Program-made: the position numbers and the translations under genes
Shown here: positions 53,595-64,000 of the stretch, piece after piece
Layout: every line of letters begins with the position of its first letter
Numbering within the stretch: the first letter of the stretch is position 1
Notes under the pieces: generated by a model
The model's database searches: none
The model's input: the letters and a program-made list of their open reading frames with translations, nothing else
Told to the model about the DNA's origin: nothing
Assembly (NCBI GenBank): GCA_004431415.1
Contig: QPMI01000483.1
Location: 1 to 64,000, forward strand
DNA length: 64,000 nucleotides
Direction of reading: 5' to 3'
From: Cyanophora paradoxa CCMP329
Lineage: Eukaryota; Plantae; Glaucophyta

Positions 53595-56500
53595 ATGTCC
53601 TACATCTTGAAGAAGCCAGTGCCACTTCGTAAAGCTCCAGATCTCGTGGATGATCGACATATAAATATTCGCGTTTTCGGAAGCATCTTGGCTGACTACA
53701 ATGCTGATCGTGACATCCACAGGACCGAGTTTAATCGACCAGCTGCATTAATTCTGCGCAACTCACATGTTGGCGCCCGGATATTGCACAGAGATTTTGT
53801 CTGGGACCAGCTGAGAATTATGTTGCTGAAATAATCGGATCCAGGGCGTTGCCGCGGCACCTGCGCATTGCCTCCTCAGGCACAGTTTCGAAGTATGATT
53901 CTGGTAGATTAATCTTTAGGCTCCAAAATGATAGAGGGGTCCACACATCAGCTCTACGTCTAATTGATGAATCCAATGCTGTCACAAACAAGACTGCGGC
54001 TCACATTACAGGGCGAATTCTCCTTGGCGAAGATGCAGGAATATCAGTGCTAGCATCACAAATCCAGCCGTTTCCCTGGATTTACTTTTTACAGCTGCAC
54101 GAGAAGCAAATATTTTATACGGTTTTGATGTAAATCAAATCGATACCGAGCCAGCCACCAGGTTAGATATTCCTGGATGCACCTTTGGCTCTATCTTGAT
54201 TGAGGCTGACAGGCACCTGCTCCCGGCGTTGCATGACAGTTACGATCTAGGGCTCCGCACCAGGCAGTGGCGAAATATTCACGGAACAAGTATTTACCAA
54301 GATGGCAAAAAAGTAATCACTGAGCCGGAGATAATAAACATATTCAACTACTACTTTGGACCTATTGTCCCTATACCACCTATTCCGCCTCTTCCAGGGC
54401 TACCAAAGCCGCCAACCCCGGACGGACCAGGTCGAGAGCGAGTTGCTGATGAAACAGTTCCTTTCGGGCAAAATATTATTTCGTGGGAGGCTGTCAGGAA
54501 TCGCCCAGTGATAGAACCCTATAAGCATCCGCACGAAGAGTACCTGTCACCTGATATCGAAGTTTTCCCGCTAGAAATGTACACAGAGCCGGAGGAGCAA
54601 TTAATTCCCGACGGATTAGACGTTCAAGAACTCGAGTACGAGCAGCCTGTGATTCCGCATGAGCAGTTGCTTCCAGATGGATTCGAACCTATTCTGTTTC
54701 CCTTGGAGTTCACCATAGATTGGGAATCAATTACGAACAAACCTGAGACTTTTCCACCGGAAGATCACAGACATAACTGGGATGAAATCGATAATAAACC
54801 GTTGCAATTTCCACCAGAAGATCATAGACACGACTGGGATGATATCGATAATAAACCGCTTAAATTTCCACCAGAGGATCATAGACACGACTGGGGTGAC
54901 CTTGATAATGTTCCGCTTGAATTTCCACCGGAAGATCACAGACACATTTGGAGCGAAATAGATGAGCAGCCCGAGTTCGCAAAGATTGAGCTTCCTGTCA
55001 CACTAGCTGTCTCTCTCTACAAATCAATTAACACCCCTGAAAGGTTATATTTAAACGAACATTACGTCCACAGGCAGGGAATTCGTGCCAACACTGACAT
55101 GTCAGGCTCTTTGTTTGTAAGGATTCCCCGTGGAATGGAGATTGTTGCTGCAGGTGGAAATATTGGTTTGCAGGACACGTTCCCAAGTATTTATGTCACA
55201 AACTACTACGCCTCTGACATCGAAATGACATCTGTTCTCCCTCCTTTGCCTTCTCTGCCATTAGATCCTCTCTCCCATGCTGATCATCACTGTGCAATCC
55301 AAATTAATGTTACAGATGTTAGCGATTTAGATTCATCGAGACCGAAATTAGTTTTTAGCCGTGAACGCCTTTTACCCAATGCTCTGATAGGAAATCGAGA
55401 TGATTATAAGAAATGCGAAATAGCATGGATAAAAACGAACTATAACGGTGGAGTTGGGGAGGGCATTTTAGAAATTAATCAGAGGGCAGCAGCAAAAAAC
55501 ATTCACAACGAGACTATATCCAGAGTGGTCACAGAGGATTACCTTCAAGCCCAAAATTATGTAGATGAAACAGAGCTCGCTTTAGTTATTGCAGGTCAAG
55601 CTGTGACAGGGAATTACCTGCCCTTGACAGGAGGAACTATTGACGGAACAGTGACTGCTGACAACTTTTTTGTTCACACTGAAAGTGATCAGACCTTCCC
55701 TGTGGTTCACCCAGGAGCTGAGTACGAGATTCCTATTGATCCTGCTATCATGCCGATCAAAATCGATCTCCCTTCCGATTATGTTGGACGGGGTGAACTG
55801 AAAATAATCTCATTCACAGGAGACTATAATGATCTCCTGAATAAACCAACTGCTGCAAACCTGCACCCTGTTGCTTATTCAGGTAGCTTCCTTGATCTTA
55901 ATAATAGATCACACACTCACACAAAGGCAGAAATCACAGATTTTGCACACACTCACACCAAATCCCAGATAACAGATTTTGCTCACTTCCACACCAGAGC
56001 AGATATTACTAATTTCGCTCACACTCATTTTAAATCTGAGATAACAGATTTTGCTCACACTCACACAAAGTCACAGATTACAGATTTTGCCCACACTCAT
56101 ACTAAGGCAGAGATTACAGATCTTGGAAATGTCTCTTATGTGGGTCACACTCATACTAAGAGTGAGATAACAGATTTTGCACACACCCACACCAAAGGTG
56201 AAATTACAGACTTTGCACATACTCACACTAAATCTCAAATTACAGATTTTGCACACACTCATGTTTGGGTAGATATTACAGATCGACCTTCTCTTGATCC
56301 CTTCACAGCAAATACAATCACAGCAAACAATACCATGTATGTAGGATCAGGTTCCATTCTAAATTATGACCCCTACATTATGCCTGATCCTCCTCTCATT
56401 TGGAATTTCCACCATTCAACCCTTTCTACTAACTCTATATCTTACTATCAGGATAAAACCCTACTTGTTCGTGGAAATGCATATGCAAGAGAAATGTGGG

Positions 56501-56859
56501 TCATGGATCCTCGGGACAATTCAAAGGTTACTAAGCTGGCTCCTCAATACATGCTTGATAACCTGATTAGAAAAGGGAGACATGAAATGACAATTGCAAA
56601 TCCTCAAATTGGGGGCAGTTCAGCAAGGCAAAACCATACCATTACATTAAATTGGAGTCCTGCCTTTGCATCTGCTCCATCTGTTGTTGTAACATTGCAG
56701 GGACTACCTGCAACAAATGTGGAAATCGATTATAAAATAGGAATATCAAGCAACTCAACAACCTCTACCACAATCAATCTTGTTATTTGGGCAGCAGGAT
56801 GGGTAACCATTCAACCACAGTGGCTTCAAATTGCAATTCATTGGATAGCAACAGCATAA
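53595..56859 (+). CDS. Tail-fibre-like protein, copy 2, with frameshifts in the N-terminal part
   Basis: 887-aa intact C-terminal part; frameshifts near 53776 and 54078. Confidence 0.8.
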
Positions 56860-56884
56860 TTAAGATTCTCACACTATTACAAAG

Positions 56885-57955
56885 ATGACCTCTCTATTAG
56901 AAATCCCAAATTATGAACTTGCAGCCAAATCACTCCATAGCACCTCTCATGGAGTGGTTGATTCAACCCCTGGGTATATTTGCACTGAAACTTCAAGCAA
57001 CACCTCTTTCACAGAGAATAATATACTCAGAGTCAAAGAGATTAGATGTGATCGAAATGGAGGCAATATAAGAACCACAGGTATTATAATCTCGAATAAA
57101 AATCAAGTTCAAGCAGGTCAGGTAGTCCCCGATTCAGCAATCTATGATAATGTGGGTGGATTCACCACTGCACAGATAGTGACTTTCGATAACACAATAA
57201 ATAATTCGGCTCTTGTAGTCAGAAGTGGAGGTGCCTATATTGGTGATGGGGCAATTGTGGTGGGTACTGTCACAGCAAATCAATTGAATGTGAATGGGAC
57301 AAGTTCATTCACAGGTTTGATGACTTTTAATGGTGGTCTCTCAGGGAACTTTCAGTATCAAACTATCACAGCTACTACAAGAATAAACACACCTGAGACA
57401 GATAATGGGACAGATGCAAATGTGAACTACAAACGAAATGGAAATACAGTATTTTCTCTTGGAAAGACAACTCAAACAGATAATACAACTGTTCAACTCC
57501 TGACACTTCCGACAGACAAGTATCTCAAATTAAGTAGTCATCCTCGTTTCTTTGCAACAAAACAAGCGCCCAATACTTCAAAAGATACAAACTTCGCTGC
57601 AAGTGGAACAACTTTGTTCTCATCAACAGGAGTCATAGTCAACCATGGAAATAATTTCGATCCTGCAACAGGGAGTTTTACTGCACCTGTTTCTGGAAAC
57701 TACCTCGTATTTTTCCATGCGTCTGGTTACAATACTGCTAAAAGCAATACTTATTTGACCTCTTTGCTTAAAAATGGGACAACATTCGGAATAAATTCTA
57801 ACTCTCAAAATGCAACAGGAAATGCAACTGTTGGTTTTGATATTATTGTGAACCTTGTAGCTAATGATTCGATCAGGCTTGTCAATTCAGGAGATGCAGG
57901 AGTAAACTACAATATCAGATACTTCTTTGGATGTATGCTTGTCCATTCATTATAA
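56885..57955 (+). CDS. C1q spike-like paralogue 1, copy 2
   Basis: Same translation as 40072-41142. Confidence 0.8.
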   Translation: MTSLLEIPNYELAAKSLHSTSHGVVDSTPGYICTETSSNTSFTENNILRVKEIRCDRNGGNIRTTGIIISNKNQVQAGQVVPDSAIYDNVGGFTTAQIVTFDNTINNSALVVRSGGAYIGDGAIVVGTVTANQLNVNGTSSFTGLMTFNGGLSGNFQYQTITATTRINTPETDNGTDANVNYKRNGNTVFSLGKTTQTDNTTVQLLTLPTDKYLKLSSHPRFFATKQAPNTSKDTNFAASGTTLFSSTGVIVNHGNNFDPATGSFTAPVSGNYLVFFHASGYNTAKSNTYLTSLLKNGTTFGINSNSQNATGNATVGFDIIVNLVANDSIRLVNSGDAGVNYNIRYFFGCMLVHSL

Positions 57956-57979
57956 TATTGCCCACAATATATATAAAGT

Positions 57980-58999
57980 ATGACCACTCAAATAGCTGTC
58001 CCTGTTTTCTGTTATGCAGCGCCGAAATTGCATCAACTCAACCATACAGTAACAGATGCTACCCCAGGTTTCATTTGCACTGAAACAACAGGGGCAGATT
58101 CATTTTCGCAAAACTCTGTGATAAGATGTAAAGAAATTCGATGCGATCGAAATGGAGGGAAGGTAAGAACCACAGGTCTCATTGTTTCTAACAAGAACCA
58201 AGTTCAAACAGGTCAGATTGTTTCAGATCCCGCAATATATGATGATGTTGGAGGGTTCACCACACCAAAAATAGTAACTTTTGATAATACAATCAATAAC
58301 TCTGCTCTTGTAGTAAGAAGTGGAGGCGCTTATATTGGAGATGGGGCAATGATTGATGGAACCCTTACAGCAAATCAAGTAGACATTACAGGAACAAGCA
58401 CATTTACAGGATTGGTTACAGCGAATGCTGGTATAAGTATTCCTAACTTCACACAATCAATAATCACAGCATCTACTAAGGTTGTCTCTCCTGAAATTGA
58501 TACAGGAGCCGATGTCAATTTTCTGTTAAAACGAAATAGTAACACTGTTGCTACTCTTGAAGCCAATAGTTTGACAGTAAATGCAGGATGCTATCTCAAA
58601 ACATCACACCCACGATTTTCAGTTCAGCTTGGATATGCTCACACTGCTACTGCTGCTGCTGCTCTGATAAACTGGGCAACAATTCGGGTAAACAATACAA
58701 ACTCATTTAGCACATCAACAGGAAGATTTACAGCACCTGTTGCAGGACACTATCGATTTTCGGTGTTCTCATTTTCAACCACATCAGCTACAATCGAATT
58801 ATTTATAAAAGTGAATGATGCAGATCCTGGGGGTTTAAGCATTTCCCAAATCCACAGCAGCACACACACCAATAAAGCATTGTGTTTCTCTTGCATTTTA
58901 AATCTTGCCCAAAATGAGTATGTGACACTGGTCTCAGGCTCTTCTGGTTCATATTCAAGTATAACAGGTTTTTCGGGTGAATTGATTAGCATCGTTTAA
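57980..58999 (+). CDS. C1q spike-like paralogue 2, copy 2, intact 339 aa
   Basis: Full ORF with shared N-terminal module and gC1q head. Confidence 0.82.
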   Translation: MTTQIAVPVFCYAAPKLHQLNHTVTDATPGFICTETTGADSFSQNSVIRCKEIRCDRNGGKVRTTGLIVSNKNQVQTGQIVSDPAIYDDVGGFTTPKIVTFDNTINNSALVVRSGGAYIGDGAMIDGTLTANQVDITGTSTFTGLVTANAGISIPNFTQSIITASTKVVSPEIDTGADVNFLLKRNSNTVATLEANSLTVNAGCYLKTSHPRFSVQLGYAHTATAAAALINWATIRVNNTNSFSTSTGRFTAPVAGHYRFSVFSFSTTSATIELFIKVNDADPGGLSISQIHSSTHTNKALCFSCILNLAQNEYVTLVSGSSGSYSSITGFSGELISIV

Positions 59000-59080
59000 T
59001 TTTCTCATAGTAGATTAAGAAATGTCGAATATCTACCATGTAGCCCTCTCAGAAACTGAAAATTTGGGAATGGAATATTG

Positions 59081-59498
59081 TGTCGCGTGCCGCGATTCCC
59101 TCGGATTAGGCTAGCCGGCAGTCTATGCGTAGCCGCTAGCCCTAGTCTAGTGCTATCGAGCAGCTAGCTCTAGCACTCTCTGTATTCTGACTTAGCGCCG
59201 GGCGCGACTCCGTTTGGGGGTACGCGATCCCTGGACGGGTACACTTGTGAATAGACCACTTGTGCTCCCAGCTACAGCCCCAGCCCGTGCGTGACCGCAC
59301 GGACGCTGCACCGGGTGGGAATCCTCTCATCCGACAGGCGCCATCTGCTCACGGAGCCAGAACCCCGATCATCAGCGACCCGTCATCAGCAACCGACCCA
59401 GCTCGGCGACCGCGGCTCAGCCGGCGCGCAGGTAGACCTCAGCAGAGGTCGTGGGTCGCTTCTCGCGCCCCGCCTGCGCCGCTCCGGGCTGATCCGCA
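59081..59498 (+). repeat. Putative 5' LTR, 418 bp, TG...CA
   Basis: Bounded by the insertion junction and the PBS. The second LTR is not in the window. Confidence 0.6.
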
Positions 59499-59500
59499 GT

Positions 59501-59513
59501 TGGCGACCGAACA
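59501..59513 (+). promoter_or_regulatory. Putative primer-binding site TGGCGACCGAACA (tRNA-Lys-like)
   Basis: 2 nt after the CA. One mismatch to the first 13 nt of the tRNA-Lys3 PBS TGGCGCCCGAACA. Confidence 0.6.
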
Positions 59514-59881
59514 TTCTGGAAAGAACCAGAACTTAGTCCTGCGGATCCAGGAACGCGCGCGAATACCGAGGGATCCCCGTCCCGATCGGATCGTCGCCGT
59601 TTCCTGAGCGAGCTGCGTGCGAGCCCGTGGGATCATTCCTGATCGGTCGCTAGTCACTCGCCGCGACGCCAGCCTTCTCCGGCTGTTGCGATCGTGCTGG
59701 ACAAGACGAAGAGCGATCGGATCGACGGCTGAGGCGTGCGCGCCCGAGCTGTCTCCGGAATCGCCGCAGCCGAGCTAGTGAGCTTGCTCGCCGCTGCTGT
59801 GGACCACGACGGCCTCGGATCTCGAGCGAGGCACATTCTCTCACGGAAAAGCGTGGCATTACGTCGCCGCTTGACCTGAGA

Positions 59882-61894
59882 ATGTCCTCGGGGACCGGAG
59901 CCTCCGCGGAGTTCGTCGTCCGGGCCGCGCACGCGCGTGGCGCCGCCGACATGGACTCTATGAGCGGATCAAATGTTTTGCAATGGATCCAGAGCCTGCC
60001 GAAGCTGCCGCCGGGCAGCGATCAGCGCACGGTTCAGGACCACCTCCGCCAGTTCGAGAGCTGCGCGAGCATGAGCAAGGACTTGCTCAGTGTCTCGCCG
60101 ACTGCACACATTGAAGTGCAGAAGCGAACTGGGTGGGCTCTTCTCGGCACGCTAGATCACGGGCACCCCGTGCGCCAGAACATCTCGCTGTTCCAGAGCG
60201 CCGAGCAGATCGACACTCGCGAGCTCGAGAAGCTGAAGGCGTACCGGGCCGAGCGTGCGCGCACGAGCACGGCGGACCCGCGAGACGTCGCGATCCTCGA
60301 GACGCTCGACGAGAAGATCGCGCAAGCCGAGGAGGGCTTGCAGCGGACCGCCCTCACGGTCACGTACACCGCGATCAGGCGCCGTCTCGAAGATGACGCC
60401 GAGATGCGGAACCCTGACCGGTACAAGGCGCTCCTCGACCTGCCGCACGTGGGCGAGGCGCCGGAGGCGTTCTATCGCCGCGTCCTCGACTTGAGCATCA
60501 TCCCGGAGTGCCGCGAGGCGCACGAGACACCGCTTATGGCACTCATGCGCCACGCGGGCCAGATGCTCAAGCGCCGCACTCGCAATCAGTGCCGCGACTT
60601 CGAAGACTCCGAGATTTCGGACACCGATCGCCGGCACATGATGACGAACTTCTCCACGGCTCGGAAGATCTATGACGAGCTGTCGCAGAAGATCGCGGAC
60701 CGCGAGATCACGGGACCCTCTGCGGTCATCGACCTGGTAACCAAGCGCACCAATGAACTGGGCGCCTGGGACGTCGATATCTCCAAAGTCCCCGGCTCGG
60801 CCCTAGTGCTGGGCTCGCGCGGGACGCCGCTGCAGGCGCCCACGGCTGCCTCGCGCACGCCGCAGAGCGCGCCGCCGATCACGCACACGCCAGCTGTCCC
60901 CGTCGTCCCCTCGCGCTCGAACGCGGGCGCCGGCGCGGGCACGCGCATCATGCTCGCGACGACGGTGTCGGAAGCCGAGATCGCAGAGCTTGAGGCAAAC
61001 GCGTACGGGTGGGACGCGGACGACGCCGAGGATCAGAACGCCGAGGTCATCTCGTTCCTGCAGCTCATTGCTCGGGACGAGCCCCTCGTCGTAGTCCGCG
61101 CGCTCTACCCGTCGGCGTCCGCACCGCCGCCCCGCCTTGACGACCCGGTCTATCAGCAGAAGATCAAAGACTTCCTGAAGGCCCGGGGTCTCCCCGAGAA
61201 GCCCCGGCGGCCGTGCCACTGCGGCGAGTCGCACTACTCGTTTGAGTGCCGGACCAACCCGCGGCCTCTGCCCGAGTGGTCGGCAATCAACCCGGCCAAG
61301 CGCCGCGGGCCAACGGGCGCAGGCACCGGTGACCCGAAGCGCCGGTTCTACCCCGCGCCGCAGGGTGGGAACGGCCGCTCGAGCCCCCGCCCCAGCAAGC
61401 TGCAGGGCCCCGGGCGTGCTACAACTGCGGCAAAACCGGCCACCTGGCCGCGTCCTGCCCGGCCCAGGCGCAGACGCTCGAGGCCGCGGTCCGCCGCGCG
61501 CTTGCAGAACACGCCGCCGCCGCTGCAGCCCCGCCCGTGCCGCCCGCGACGCCGGCGCCCTGGGCTGACCCCAACGCCTTCACGATCGCGCGCGCCATGC
61601 TCGAGCAGGCTGCCCGAAGCGGCGCCGCCGGCCCGTCCGCGACTGCACTGCTTCCCGCGCCGACCGGCGGCCACGGGTCGGGGCCCACGGCGGCCCCGGC
61701 GCCCGCCGAGCTTGGCAAGGAAAAGCACGTGTACCGTGTGCGCATCGTGCGCAGCGACGAGGCGTTGGTCGACGATACCTTCCGAGCCTTCACCGCAGCG
61801 GCCGCGGCGCACGCCGCCGCGCTGCAGGACCCCCGGGACGGCCCCGCTCTCAACGCGGTCGCCGCAGCCGCCACCGCTTTCGCGATCGCAGTAG
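59882..61894 (+). CDS. gag: Gag-like protein of element B with zinc knuckles, frameshifted near 61410
   Basis: CHCGESHYSFEC in frame; RACYNCGKTGHLAASC in a shifted frame at about 61411-61458. Confidence 0.65.
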   Translation: MSSGTGASAEFVVRAAHARGAADMDSMSGSNVLQWIQSLPKLPPGSDQRTVQDHLRQFESCASMSKDLLSVSPTAHIEVQKRTGWALLGTLDHGHPVRQNISLFQSAEQIDTRELEKLKAYRAERARTSTADPRDVAILETLDEKIAQAEEGLQRTALTVTYTAIRRRLEDDAEMRNPDRYKALLDLPHVGEAPEAFYRRVLDLSIIPECREAHETPLMALMRHAGQMLKRRTRNQCRDFEDSEISDTDRRHMMTNFSTARKIYDELSQKIADREITGPSAVIDLVTKRTNELGAWDVDISKVPGSALVLGSRGTPLQAPTAASRTPQSAPPITHTPAVPVVPSRSNAGAGAGTRIMLATTVSEAEIAELEANAYGWDADDAEDQNAEVISFLQLIARDEPLVVVRALYPSASAPPPRLDDPVYQQKIKDFLKARGLPEKPRRPCHCGESHYSFECRTNPRPLPEWSAINPAKRRGPTGAGTGDPKRRFYPAPQGGNGRSSPRPSKLQGPGRATTAAKPATWPRPARPRRRRSRPRSAARLQNTPPPLQPRPCRPRRRRPGLTPTPSRSRAPCSSRLPEAAPPARPRLHCFPRRPAATGRGPRRPRRPPSLARKSTCTVCASCAATRRWSTIPSEPSPQRPRRTPPRCRTPGTAPLSTRSPQPPPLSRSQ

Positions 61895-62033
61895 TGCAGC
61901 TGTCCGGGGAAAGCCGCCCAGACCTGTGCCCCACGGGAGCCGAGAGGCCGGCCCCTGCGAGGCGCAGGACCTGTTGCCGACCCGCCCGGAGTCGGGCCTG
62001 GACGAGGGGGAGAAGAAGGTCGCGTTCGACGCA

Positions 62034-62271
62034 GTGGACGCCGCCCTCGAGGAAATCGCACTCCTCTTGGCGGCCGCCCCGGACCCAACGGAGGTCGAGG
62101 GCGCTGACGCAGCAGCGAAGGGTCCCGCGCCGACGCCCGTGCCGACTTCTTTCCCCGCCGAGCTCGCCGCCGGCATCGTGGACGCCGCCCTTGAGGAGGT
62201 CGCACTCCTCTTGGCGGCCGCCCCGGACCCAACGGAGGTCGAGGGCGCTGACGCAGAAGCGAAGGGTCCCG
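62034..62271 (+). repeat. Coding direct repeat, about 94 bp at a 144-bp period
   Basis: VDAALEE(I/V)ALLLAAAPDPTEVEGADA occurs twice. Confidence 0.85.
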
Positions 62272-64000
62272 AGCCCGCGACGGAGCTCGCTCCCACCAAG
62301 TCGGTCCCCGAGACCGCCGCCGCCGAGGCTCCGGCGGACCCCGCCGCCGGCGTGGGCTGCTGCCTGGGGTACTCCTCGGGGCCGAGACGGTAGCGAGCCT
62401 CGAGGTGACCGACGACGGCGCCTCCCTCGCCGACGAGGACGCGACCGTAGCGTCTAAGGAGACCCTGCGCCTCAACCGCGCTCGCCTCCTCAGCGCTAGC
62501 CCCGGCCTAGACCTCACTCACTTCGGAGCCGTTGAGTTAGAGCCGGTGAAGGGCCGCGAGCACGAGCTGGGGCCCGTTCCTCTCTGGAACGTGGACGCGC
62601 ACAAGCTGAAGGGCGCCGCGTCGGTCCCGCTCGACCGCGCGGCGTTCCTGTACCCAGCGCCGTGCGAGACTCACTGCGGCTGCACTGTGAGCGAGGGGCT
62701 GATCGAGGTCCGGGACGAGCAGTGGTATGCCACTGCGTTCCGCTGCCCGGCCCGCACCCGCCAGACGCTCTCCTTCTTGCTTGCGGCGTTCTCTCAGCCG
62801 CTCGCCACCGAGAGCACGTACCTCGGCTCGCGGACCCTCCCCACTGCGTTCCTGCAGATGCTGGGGCATGACCCGCTGTCCCAGGACACGCTGGCTCACG
62901 CCTGGCCGACGCACTATTATGAAATCATGAGCCTCACGCACCAGGCCTCTCGCGTCGCCGCGAAGTGGGCCGGGGCCACGCGTGGCCGCACGCCGAGGGC
63001 CTCACGCCCGAGGGTCGCCCCGCAGTCGAGCCCGACGCCCACAAGCTTACGAAGCTTGGGACGAGTGCGTCGCTACCGCCGGCTGGCTGGAGCCATACCG
63101 CCGCCACTGGAGCATTGGCCAGCACTCGCCCGTGGCGGCCTCTCTCGAGCCGCACGAGATGACAGTGTCGGGCCGCCGCCAGCTAATCGAGCTGAGCGAG
63201 CTGTTGCCGGCACAGGACCGCCTCCGCCTTGCGTGCGCCTCGACTGTTGCGGGCTATTTCCTGCACCGCGTCGACTACGGTGCCCCGGGCACCGCCGGCG
63301 CCGTCGAGAAGATCCTCGGCCGCTTCTTTAAGTTCGCCGAGCCGCTCATGGTGGACGCGCGGGTCGACGCCTATGGCTTCGCCCTGCTGGCCCTCGAGCA
63401 CGCGATCCAGTGGAAGACCGTGGCTTGCATCGGCGGCCGCGCCGGTCCCCACGACGCCCACAAGAGCGCCGTTGCCCTGGCCGACGGGAACCCTCTTGTC
63501 CCCTCGGACTCGGAGTTCACGGAAGCCGTTCACTCGCTTGCCGTCCTGGCTGCCTCCGTTGAGGTTCCGATCCCGGGGCGGGCACGTCTCCGCTCGGATC
63601 GGGACGCCGAGGGATGGCTGCGGGCAGCGCTCGCGGAGCGTCTGACTGCGTACCGCGACGGCCGTGCCCCCGCCTTCCCGGTCGTGAGCGAGGGCGAGTC
63701 CCGCACGGTTGAACGCGTTCCGGTGGAGCCCCGCGTCGCCGCCGCCCGCGTTCTGCACCTCCGGGACCTGCACTTGTGCGACACCTGGCTGCACTGGCCG
63801 CGCCTGCACGGGGCAGAGCCTGGCACGTGGAGGGTCGGCCGCGTGCGCCCGATCACGCGCACCACGCAGTTGCCCCTGCACGGCACGACGCGAGGCGGGC
63901 AGCTGCCCACGATCGTGCCTGAGGAGCTCTACGTGCTGAGCCAGCTCGGCCCGCGCCCGCCGCTCACCGCCCTGTGCGATGCAGCCTGGGCCCGCACGGT

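Larger units (their letters stand above)
47087..59080. mobile_element. PLV copy 2, partial: equivalent to about 30269-42264, structural module only, no TIR in the window
   Basis: Near-identical to copy 1 at an offset of about 16.8 kb. The differences I noticed are 1-bp indels, nearly all in homopolymers. Confidence 0.93.
59081..64000 (+). mobile_element. LTR retrotransposon (element B) inserted into PLV copy 2, runs off the right edge
   Basis: PLV homology stops at GGAATATTG and new sequence starts TGTCGCG. Candidate LTR end ...TCCGCA, then a PBS and a gag-like ORF. Confidence 0.75.

Overview
Eukaryotic, GC-rich (probably protist) locus built from nested mobile elements. The centrepiece is a complete endogenous Polinton-like virus (PLV) at 10696-45121. 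It has 510/511-bp terminal inverted repeats with TGTTG...CAACA ends and a 6-bp target-site duplication (GAGGCT). It encodes a protein-primed PolB with TP/vOTU-like N-terminus, an rve integrase, an HNH-AP2 endonuclease, an A32-like packaging ATPase, a double-jelly-roll major capsid protein, two penton-like paralogues, a patatin, a ~1090-aa phage-tail-fibre-like protein, and four paralogous spike-like genes sharing an N-terminal module (two end in C1q heads). The PLV interrupts, in frame, a minus-strand gag-like (CCHC) ORF of a large unclassified element. Its pPolB is split by a 7.3-kb GC-rich, intron-containing insert carrying a BAH-like gene and flanked by 7-bp direct repeats. The insert contains a 1123-bp triplication with palindromic junctions, and a 4.93-kb tandem duplication follows it. 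A second near-identical partial PLV copy (47087-59080, structural module only) is cut on the right by an LTR retrotransposon (LTR, PBS, gag). Removing the insert and the duplication gives a ~22.2-kb virus genome. Most frameshifts are single-base homopolymer indels that differ between copies and may be sequencing errors. All family assignments come from motif recognition by eye; no database searches were run.
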